From: Pelomyxa schiedti
Lineage: Eukaryota; Protista; Evosea
DNA: 64,000 nucleotides
Direction of reading: 5' to 3'
Assembly (NCBI GenBank): GCA_020536535.1
Contig: JAHLWZ010000276.1
Coordinates: 1-64,000, forward strand
The position numbers were made by a program, and so were the translations under genes. Numbering within the stretch: position 1 is the stretch's first letter; the number at the start of each line of letters is the position of its first letter. The notes under the pieces are model-generated. The model was not told where the DNA came from. It was given only the letters and a program-made list of their open reading frames with translations, and searched no databases. Shown here piece after piece: positions 10,417 through 20,349 of the stretch.

Positions 10417-13400
10417 TCAGGGAATAAAAATCCTGAAGGAACAAACACGTCAGTAACAGAACGGGGAAGATGGCACACATACCAATCACCAGTGCGTTTT
10501 GCACCACCGGAGTAAATGTACGCCGACGATGACCTGAACAGGGACTTGAGGGGAGCCCCCTTGTTTGATGGTGCACTGATGATGCTCGTCGGAATGAACC
10601 GCGTCCACAGTCCGTCCGATGACGCGAGTGCCCGGAAATCCCGGCAAACCTGTGTATGTGAGTCAAGAGTGAATATTCATTGTGAGTTGCGAGCGAAGTG
10701 GGAATTGGTGAGGTCAATGGATGGGAGGGTTCGATACACATACAGCGGAGAGCCGGAAGAGATCCTTTGGGTCGCAGTAAGAGAAAATGTTCATCCACAG
10801 TTCGTGCGGAAGCATCCCGAAAACGTTGCTGAAAAGCTGAAGCCACCACGCATCACCGTGCATCTTTCCTTGTGTGGTTGTGAATGTCAGTGGATCGCAT
10901 TTCTTGTATTTTGGAGATAACAAACCTGAGGGTGTTCCAGCAGGTGTGAGAGCACGACCACCTGCCAGGATCAATGAACCGGTCCCCGATGAAAGAAGAG
11001 TGTGGAATTCACGAACTGGTGGTGTGTTCCCAATCTCAACTCGCGTCCACTCAAATGTTGATCCCAACGTGAGTCTGTGTGAAAATCAATTGGAGGGAAG
11101 GAATTATGAAGAGAGAGGGGAATACTTGAACAAAGCCATTGAAGAAGGATTCGAAGGGGGATCACAAGAGCACACAAACATTTCATCACCAATCACAGCA
11201 GCTGAGTGGCCTCGCATTGGGGGTGGTGTGATCCCTAGTGTCGCTGGTTTCAACCACACCTTTGAGGAAATATCTGGTTTGGGAAAGTAAAATCAGGATT
11301 GTGGTTGTTCTGATTGTTTTACCGAAAATCCACACATCGTTGAGCCTCTTTCCATTCAAAATTCCACCTGTGTGTGTTGTGTGGAGTTGGTGTGTCATTG
11401 TTGTGGGTTCAAATTGAGGCGGTGTTTTACCAAAGATAATCATGTTTCCGTTGTGGCAAACAGCGGTGTGGTTGAATCTCCCGCTTGGTGCTTGTCTTCC
11501 CGGTTTGATTGAAACCTTTTGTTGGTGTGAATGTCTGTGTTTTAACCAAAGGGGTTCTCGGGAGAAAACACACCAGGATCCAAGTTTGCGCGGTCAGGTC
11601 ATAACAAGTCAAGTCTTCACCTGCAATACCGTTGCAGTCATACCTGCATTATTCAGAATGATAATGGTTGAGGTTGAGAGCGGAACAAACCCTCCAAACA
11701 CAAACAAGCACTTCGCGAATGCGATCATTGAGGAACCATATCGAGGTGAGGGTGATTCCGCACGATTTCCTTCCGGGAGAAGCGACCACTCACCTGTGGT
11801 CACATTCAGGCAATGCAACGAGTTTGTGTAACTGTTGCTCCTCCCTGTGTGCGGTATGAACCCCAAATCAGTGAATAAGAAATGAATGGAAGGGGTGAAA
11901 AAACGAACCTCCAAAGAGGAACATCAGGTTGTCAACGAATCTTCTCAAGATTAAAAGAGTGGGAACGGGGGGTTTTGTTCCAAGAGACATACGCAGAGGC
12001 AGCAAAAGTCATTCCTTTGTAAACAACAGAGTGTCTCGGATTCTCGTTGCAAGCTGTGATCCCGAGAGGAATTGGTTGCAACCAACTCCCGCTCGAATAT
12101 TCGAATCTCAGGACCTCAGGTGCAGGTGGTGCACCCTCGGCACACATTCCACCAACTGTGAACAGAACGCTTCCACATCGTGATTGTGTGTGACCGTACC
12201 TGTGTGTGTTTGTGTTCGTGTGTGAGAAAAAGGAGAAACACAATGTATGTGTCACCTTGCAGCCACATCAACGTTGGTGAAAAGTGGTGACCATGACGGT
12301 CGATGAACTGTGGTTGTGGGCCTTGATGTTCCAATGCGAGGAACAACTGCGTTCCACAGAGTTCCCTGTTTTGTTTTTCAGTGAGTGAGCTTATCTCTGA
12401 AAGGAAAGTTGAACTGAAGTACCCAAGAAAACGATGAAACAGGTTGCTTTCTTCTCGAGTGTGGCAATCCAGCTGATCCTGTTGCGGCAATTTTGATTGC
12501 ACACGCGAAAAGATCTTGAAGGTGATCTCCAGTCAATGAACTTATCTCCACGTATGCTGATGCATGAAGTTCCCGTGCCATCTGACGATGAACAAGTCAA
12601 CAGAATGTATCATATGATAATTAAAGGTGCATTTGTGATCGGGTCTACCTCAGAGGCCATTTCAAAAGAAATAGGCACTGCACGGGGGTCTCCGAGAGAC
12701 TCGAGGGCATGAGGGTCAGTCCTCAGGTCACGTTTTGTACCTACAAGGACGAATGGGGTTCCAGGGCAATGATGTGAAATCTAACACAAACAAATAATTG
12801 GGTTCACAATAGCTAAAAAAAATAAAGACAAGACTCACCTCAGGGTACCACTGTTTGTGCAGAGAATTCAGTGAATGAAGAATCATTTAAAAAAAAGGAT
12901 TTCTGGGTTGTACCTTTGTCCGAACATTCCGAAAAGAGTAAGGAGAGACAATTGAAAAGCAAACCTTTGGAGGTTGTCAGATAAAACTGAAAGCACACAG
13001 CACATGACTCATACCAAGAAAATATCTGTTTGGGGATAGCTCAGAGGTCTCAATCTGTCGTACTCTTCCTCACCTTATGTAAATTATCAGTTTTTAGAAG
13101 TTGGAATTTGTTTGTACCACCACAGATTACGCACCCAAAAAATAAACAGGACATAATACACAGACACACACCAGCAGTGTCCCACAATCCCACACTGTAT
13201 GGCTGGTCGTCGAACATGACATTCACACTTCATGCCGTGGGACTTTACGCCACAATTTCAAGAAGAGAGGGGAAAAACCAGTCTTACTTGTAATTGTCAA
13301 CCATCTTTCGTGAATCGTGTCACAAAATTTGTTCGATAAAAAAACCGACGTACTGTTGGCACGAAATCTGTTGGATACGACCCCGAAGCGTAACTGATAT

Positions 13401-13556
13401 ACATGCACGTCTTGAAGACCAGTGGAAACGAGTTAATTGTGGGAACAGGCCGACAATGGCAACATCAATACTATTATTTTAATTAATAACATATTGGCGC
13501 ATTACTTTCCCCACGGCTCCGTCACCAACAGCCACCATCTTGAGTGTCCTTATCAT
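10417..13556 (-). CDS. Rho/Rac GTPase - Kelch repeats - F-box fusion protein (multi-exon; 3' end approximate)
   Basis: Rho motifs GDGAVGK, VGLWDTAG, YDRLRPLSYPQTD, GTKRDLR. Kelch motifs ARYGHT..TVGG, PRYGSS..VFGG, REFHT..LAGG. F-box LPHELWMNIFSYCDPKDLFRLSAVCRDFR. Intron 12366-12422 joins Rho to Kelch in frame. Confidence 0.82.
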
Positions 13557-13654
13557 TTCGAAAGGGTTTTTCGGTTTTGTTGTTCTCAGAAAAAGGCGAA
13601 AGTGTCGAGCCGAGCTTCTACTAACGTCATTGCAGTGATGGTCATTGTGTGGTG

Positions 13655-15880
13655 TCAGTCTTCTGTGACAGTGTTGCCTCCTGCATATTCTTGAATCATA
13701 TTGCTGGACTGGGGTGGCCCGCAATCATCACACCAAGATTCGTTTTTAGCTGGAGAGTTGTGTGGTGTCATCAGAGGCTCCTTCCTCTCTAAGTCCAGTT
13801 CACTGTGAATGTCATGGTGCGGGGTGGTTCTGGAGGGTTTGGGTAGGTCCATATGTTCATCATCTCACCAGTTCTGGAGGGCTTGGCAAAATAATCTTGG
13901 GGCCTTCCTACATAGCCGGTGACCTTTGTTGTTGTTGTCAGTCAGTGTTTGGTTGTTGATAATAATAACTTATTTGTTATGTGTTGGTTAAAATGGAAGG
14001 GAGGGAGTAACTGAGAGAAGTGGTGTGGTGGCAGCTTACTTGGTACCGCATTAGCTTGTTCAGCCTCTTCACTTTCACTTCTATTTTCTCAGGTGCACAC
14101 TGGAGCTTGAACACAAGTGATGATCCTTCACCGGGGCATTGTGGCCACGTTCCACCAAAACGACTGCACCCTTTCGGAATTTCAACACACAAGATGATGG
14201 AATCAGTTCCCGCCGTCATTGGAGTCATGAACACCGGTTGTGGTTTTTTCACATCATCGGCAGCTCTTCCTCCATTTGCGTTTGCATTTTCATGATCATT
14301 TCCAACATCACTTCCGCTGGGATGATCCGCTGCCGTCTGTAGTTGTTGTATGTTAGAATGCGTGCAGGCGGATATTAGAGAGCAGAAAGATAAATCGGAG
14401 ATAGATGGAGAGAAGGGATATTACTTGTCGTACTTCAACTTCAAATTCTTGGGTGGTTCGATTGCTACTACTAGTTGTTGATGATGTACTTACAATTTCA
14501 GTGTGAGGAACTTGTTCTGCTGAAGAAGATCGCAACGGAGCAGCCAGATCAGCCACCACCATTTTTGCTGTTTTCTTGTGGCGAACGGTCCCTGATGTGG
14601 TGGCAGCAAAAGCAGCAATCCTCTTTTTTAAAAACAACTGTTAGAGAATTATATTATACGGCATATATATGAATTACCGGTTTCTTGGGTGTTGGTTCAA
14701 CATATGCACAAACAGAAGCAGAGGAAGTAATTGCACTCAATGCCTTAGCCGCATCGTCATCATCATCAGACGGCTTGACTTGATTACTCTCAAGCTGATC
14801 ATGATACTTTTGATGTGCCTTCACCAACTCGTCTTTGCTGTGTGATTTCTCAGCCTGAAGGGCAGTGATCTTTCTTGACATCTGAGAATTCTGCTCTTTA
14901 AGAAGTGTATTCTCCTTTTGCAATTGAGTCTGCATGCATGCCTGCCGGAGAGGTTAAAAATGTGCCTGACTCCACAAGTGAAACGGGTTTTTTTTTTCAA
15001 TTAGTATGTGTGGGAATATTGAGAAGTGACTGAACAACTCACGTTGCTATTATTATTATTACTGTCAATATTGTTTTGTTGCTACTACTACTGCTACGCA
15101 AAAGAGTGAACAATACCAGTTTCTTTATTTCTTCATCGTTGTCTGCAGCCTTTGAATTCAAAGCAATTACAGTGTCATCGGCTTTCTTTTTGGAAGTCAT
15201 GAGAGACTCGAATTCTTTCGTGAGTTGCTGATAGGAGTCTTGTGCCTGTGCAAGTTCATCGTTGCGGTGTGCGACATCTCCCTCGAGGCCACCCACCTTG
15301 ACCTTCAGAGCCCCGTTCTCCTCGTCCGACTTTGCGAGCTGGCTCTGCAGATTGGCCAGTTCATCCTTCATTGACTGAGCCATCTTCTCCAGCACCCCTC
15401 TCTCGGCCGCGAATGTTTCTCGCGCCGCATCCCGCTTCGCTTCTTCCCTCGCGCTCCGGCACCGTCTCTCACTCTCCTGGGTTATCAAAGAACAGCACTC
15501 CTCCTGGTGCTTGAGGCTCTGCTCGACCACCGCCTTCTCGTCCTTGATGGCGTCCCGCTCCTCGGTCACCTTGGCCAGCTTCCCCTTCGCCGCGCCCAGC
15601 TCCCGCGTCGCGCGCTCCACCACTCCTCGCTGTGCTTGGCATCTGCCGCCGCCGCCGCCGTTGGCGCCGCAGCTGCTGACGGGGCCGCCTGGGCCGGTGC
15701 CTTGTGGCGGAGCCGCTTCTCGAGCGCGGTCACCTCCTCCTCGAGCCTCTGCTTCGCCTCGATGGACGACATCGTCGCGGCGCTCGCGGCACGTCGCTCC
15801 TTGATGATCTGGGAGACGAGGGCCGCGATGGCGAGGGTGCGACCACAGTTACGATGTCTTCTTCTACGCCCAGCCGCGGA
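13655..15880 (-). CDS. Coiled-coil protein, multi-exon; apparent 1-nt frameshift near 15623
   Basis: Heptad-rich ORFs 15039-15623 and 14654-14935 plus downstream exons. The upstream frame ..KHSEE switches to VVERATREL. Confidence 0.55.
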
Positions 15881-15931
15881 GGTGGTAGTGTCGGTGGGGG
15901 GAAACAACCATCAACATCATATCTGGATCAG

Positions 15932-16081
15932 TGGGCGGTGATTTTTTTCCCTACAAAAAGTGTAACATCACCACCCCGGGCGGTGATTTTGGGCGGTGAT
16001 GATGCACTTTTTGCAGTCAAATCGGATCACCGCCCCGGGCGGTGGTTGAGCACATAAGCCAGTCAGTAAAATCACCGCCCT
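15932..16081. repeat. Seven subterminal GGGCGGTGAT/ATCACCGCCC repeats in both orientations
   Basis: Copies near 15933, 15967, 15978, 15991, 16026, 16037 and 16071. Conserved at 62623-62785 with one extra copy. Confidence 0.9.
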
Positions 16082-16120
16082 GGGTTAACCACAAGAAAAA
16101 AACTTTTTTTTATGTTGCTC

Positions 16121-19098
16121 TTAATCTAACTCAATATTTAACAGTGCTGACAGGCCAGTTAAAGCCACTATTTGTCGCAATAAGCACTCCCAAGTGTTGT
16201 GTGTGTCAGATGAAGAGAGCCTTCCTCGACAACAAGCCTCTTTGAGGCTCTTATGCCATTTATTCATTGCCTCAGCCAGTTCTTGTTTTAGAATACTTGG
16301 GGGACCATAGAATTCAGCATCTGACCAAGAATGTTCACACCAATAGTGAACTGAGGGGTTTAGCTTTGGGCTAAACAAGGAGTACAAAGCTAACATGTTG
16401 TTCCTTGTGGTGTTCCACCTTTGGTGTATGTCATCTGTCAACCTTTCACAGTGCAGCCACTCATACGCAAAATGCAAAACAGACACAAGATCATCAAGGA
16501 TACTCCTGATTGTCCGGGTCTGTGTGACATGTGGCCGCCACAACACATCCACTTCCTGATCTAACTCAGTTTTGACCTTTGTTGAGAGAGCATCCCAAAG
16601 GTGATCCAAACACTCTGAAACCATCACTTCCTTGGCTATGTTTGCCTGAAAAGTTTTCTTTGGCCAGTGAGATGCACATGTGTTGATGGCAGTCTTCAAG
16701 GCAGTGGCAATTGCTTTATAACCTTGAGACTTCAGCCATGTGTGACATGATGACAAGAGATTCAACATCACATTTGTGAAACAATGCAGAGGATCATACA
16801 CAAGTCGCTGTAAAACTGGCTTGACAAGCTCTTGAGCTTCTGTTAGATGGTAATAAAACTGCCAGATGTCATTCTTCCAGTCTCTCAGTTTGTGCTTCAC
16901 ACAAAACCCACAACCTTCCTTGATGCAAATACAGTGGTCATCACAGGATGCTTGTGATGCACTGGGCATGGCACATGAGGATGACAATGGCACAGCTTGC
17001 ATCCAGTCCACACAGCAACAAGTTCTCACAGGCACATTTGATGAAGAACCATCAGTGAGAGCAACAGTTAACTCCCTCTGGTGAAGAGCATCCAGGAAAG
17101 CATCAAAGTGAATCTGTGCCTCAATGTGATGCAAAAGCAGGGAATCACAGGAACCATCCTGTTTCAACATTGCTATTGTTCCAAAGCAAGCTTGGTGTTG
17201 AGGAGATTTGACAGAGCCAAGACTCAAACCATAGAAGAGATTTTTTCCCCAGAGCTGCCTCCCATCAATGAAGCCTTTCACCAAGATATGGCCCAAACCA
17301 TGAAGATACCACAATCTGTGAGAGGAAGCATGTCGAACAAGAAAAGAAAACATTGCTGAACAAGAGAGAAATGCACCATTTAAGGGGGTTTGCAGTGGTG
17401 CTATATGGGCCCAATCACTGTGCTCATGCAAACATTGCTGTATTGCCTTCTTCCTCTGCTTCAGCTTCAGTAGTTTACACAAACACACCCATTTTGGATT
17501 TGACAAATTCATCCGCAGCTTCACAAATGTACTTTTTTGGATTTCAGCAATTCGCTCACTTTTTTTCTCTGGTGACCTACAGCTTTGGGCATGTTTCCAA
17601 GTTGTCTCAGAGGAATCTCAAACAAAGATTTAACAAGCTTTTTTTATGTTTTAAGGCAAAACTTTTCAAGCATACGTTGATAAGTTTGTGTCACAGACTG
17701 TTGGAGTTCAGCATTGGTTTTTTCCAGCTGATCATTGTGTTGTCTCAGACCTTGCAGTACAACTTCATACTCTTTTTGCTTTTGGGCCAGTTGTGTTTCA
17801 TACCTCAAATGTTGGGTGTGAAGCTCTTTTTGCAAATCCTCCACAGTGCTTTTCAACATTTGTACTTGATCTTGAAGTAAATGCCTCTCTTGGGAGTATT
17901 GAAAAGAGCAGAAACGTTGAGTTTCCTCTCGAGTCTTCTGTAGCATCTGTATTTGTTCATCATGAAGGGTCTTCAGATGTTTTTGTTGTTGCTAAACAAT
18001 GTTACTAAATAAATGTGTAAATGGAACTTACTTTCAACTCAGTTAAGCAAAGCTGTGTTGTTTCAAATTGGGAACTTTGAGATGATTTGAAGTATGCATT
18101 GTATTGCTGGCGCAGTGGAAGTTGGGATGAAGGGACTGCAGGGGGATCTTCAGTCTTGGAGGTTGGAGTGGATGAAAATGGTGAAAGAAGTTTATGATGG
18201 GGACGGAAAAGATCTTTAAGAAGGAGTGAGAATGTGCTTTCTTGTAATAAAAGATGTGTGGTATCATGAATTTCCTCAATGTCAGTGACAGGCACATTTC
18301 TAAGAGCACCAGCTTTAGTAACAACCTCCATTGTCAGCAATTCTGATGTGTCAGGTAACTTCTCAGCTGCCTCAGAGCTGAGCAATGTGATGCGAAACTC
18401 CCCCCAAGTGTTTGCAACAAGGTGCTTGTTCTCCCTCTTTTGATTTTGAAAGATCTTCACAACATAATGTGGGGATGCATATCCCCACACTGTTACTTGC
18501 TGTCCCACAGTGAGAACAACAATGTCAAAAGGAGTTTTTCTCTCCACCTTCACTGATTCCCAATACTTCACCCCACTCTTTGCCACACTTTTGATTTTTT
18601 TTTCTCCACTCCAGAAGTACTTTTTTTGGGGGGTGTATCTACACACCTCATCCTTTTCTTTTTTGTTCTTCTTTTCTTCAATTTTCATCTTTGCCTCTCT
18701 TTCCTTTTTTTTGGTTTCAATTAGTTCTCGCAATGCTGTTGCAAACTTTTCTCCTTTCTCCCATTTGACTTCACCATCTTTGTTCAAACACAAAGACAAC
18801 AGGTGATCTAATTCTGAGACAGCACATTTCACTCCCTTCATTTTTGGTATCCAATTCATGTCAGGTTCCTCATCTATTGCAATACAGTGCTCAAGGCTAT
18901 TGTACCAAACTAGATTTAAATTAGTAATTGTTACTTGTGAAGAGATATGACCTGTTGATTCAGATGATGTTGTAGAGGTACAAGAACTTTGCTCATTGGT
19001 GTGACATGGGTTGTCCTGACTTACAGAGTCACTTGCACAAAGAGAAGGAGTATCTTCATTCAAAAAGTCTTCTGGTAACTGAACATCAACCACCTGTT
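16121..19098 (-). CDS. BAH-like + coiled-coil + RAG1/Transib-type DDE transposase (spliced; 5' part in gap)
   Basis: Motifs KGFIDG (D1), CVDW (D2), CGFC, DPLHC, PSVHYWCEH and QELAEAMNK (E) occur in RAG1/Transib order. Introns 17992-18031 and 17617-17675 join the ORFs in frame. Confidence 0.8.
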
Positions 19099-19203
19099 TC
19101 AAANNNNNNNNNNNNNNNNNNNNNNNNNNNNNNNNNNNNNNNNNNNNNNNNNNNNNNNNNNNNNNNNNNNNNNNNNNNNNNNNNNNNNNNNNNNNNNNNN
19201 NNN

Positions 19204-19438
19204 TGGTAGTAAGGTGTATGCTGCGTATTGCAGCCTGTACCTGCTCTGAACCAAAGTAGGCCTGTGAAGTGACAAGTGGGGGGTAGGTGTTTAGCAGTGC
19301 CCGGCCCTTTTGCAAGGCATCTTCGGATATGTCATACAAGTACACGGAGTAACCATGCAAAGCACACTGAAGTGCAATCTGGGTGCCCAGTAAGCCGGCA
19401 CCCACCACAACTACGGTGTGTATATCCTCCACGGTCAT
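19204..19438 (-). CDS. 3-hydroxyacyl-CoA dehydrogenase, N-terminal NAD-binding fragment (cut by gap)
   Basis: VVVVGAGLLGTQIALQCALHGYSVYLYDISEDAL is the family Rossmann motif. Confidence 0.8.
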
Positions 19439-19599
19439 CTCTGTTTTGCGTTAATACATATGAATAAGTGGCGGGATATTTTAGTGCACCCTACCACAAG
19501 GGAATAAGTGCGACGTGATTAGTAGGGATATAAAGGAAGGCGTATAGCAATCGGGGTGATATTCGATTATGGGGATGGGGGAAAGGGGGAGGGGACATT

Positions 19600-20159
19600 C
19601 CCTTGAGGGAAGGAGGGAGCACGGCGGCGCCATCCCTCACGCGCACCACCAGCGGCACTCTGCCCACAAGGCCGAAGAACTCCCTGTCAAGCGTGGCGCT
19701 GTGGTCCAGCAACCACACATCCCCCCGCTTCCCACTAGCACTGCTGCTACTACTGCTTCTACTACTGGTAGTTGGAGCCGTAGCAGCAACAGCAGCAGTG
19801 GCAGTGGCCCCACCGAGGCTAGTAGTACTAGAACCAGTACCGGCGTACTTGCGCAGCGCGGCCGGGGGTGGGGGTGTGTCCTCGTCGTCGTAGTCGCAGT
19901 CGCCGTGGAGGGCTATGAGGAGGTCGTCGGGGGCCACGTTGGGGATGCCCAGCTGGTTGTGGCTGTGGTGGCTGGGGTGGGGGCTGCCGCCGGGCGTGCG
20001 GAGGATACACGAGGCGAGGTCGTGGCCGGACCAGCCCTCTTCCGCCGCGACCATGGCCGCCCTAGTGCCGCCCTCACCCTCGCGGTCGTCCCCTGTGGCC
20101 GTGGTGGTTGTTGGTGTGTGAACCACCCATACACGGTGTTGTTGCGGTCGCCTATCCAT
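19600..20159 (-). CDS. Hypothetical protein 5' exon, possibly Crinkler-like ubiquitin-like header
   Basis: GC-rich ORF MDRRPQQHRVWVV...DLASCI...DDLLIAL...LVVRV. Downstream exons unresolved. Confidence 0.35.
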
Positions 20160-20349
20160 TGCCTTGTGTGAAGAGAAAAAATTCGGCCCAAAATGGTTCT
20201 GCCGACGGGCAGGGTAAGTTTGAAATCGATGGCCGATCCGATTCACCGGCTCATCGGCAGCACCCAGATTCCCTGGTACTGTAGTACCCGGGCAACCTTT
20301 GGCACACTAAAAAGATGGGTCGGAAGAAGTTGTGGGATTGGTATTTTAT

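Larger units (their letters stand above)
15918..19103 (-). mobile_element. RAG1/Transib-like DNA transposon (one end plus transposase gene; remainder lost in N gap)
   Basis: Terminus CATATCTGGATCAGTG is shared with the copy at 62609 in different flanking DNA. Subterminal ATCACCGCCC repeats. Transposase ORF ends ~200 bp from the terminus. Confidence 0.85.

Noticed and set aside
10900-12300. Kelch gene as a RAG2-like partner of the RAG1-like transposase
   Set aside because: It lies outside the shared terminus, is separated by another gene, is fused to Rho and F-box, and has no PHD.
15932-16081. ATCACCGCC repeats resemble lambda operators or a CRISPR-like array
   Set aside because: Eukaryotic context, irregular spacing, both orientations, no spacers or cas genes; explained as subterminal repeats.
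18005-19438. ORF apparently fusing 3-hydroxyacyl-CoA dehydrogenase to the transposon protein
   Set aside because: It is joined only through a 100-N gap, and copy 2 shows different sequence at that point.
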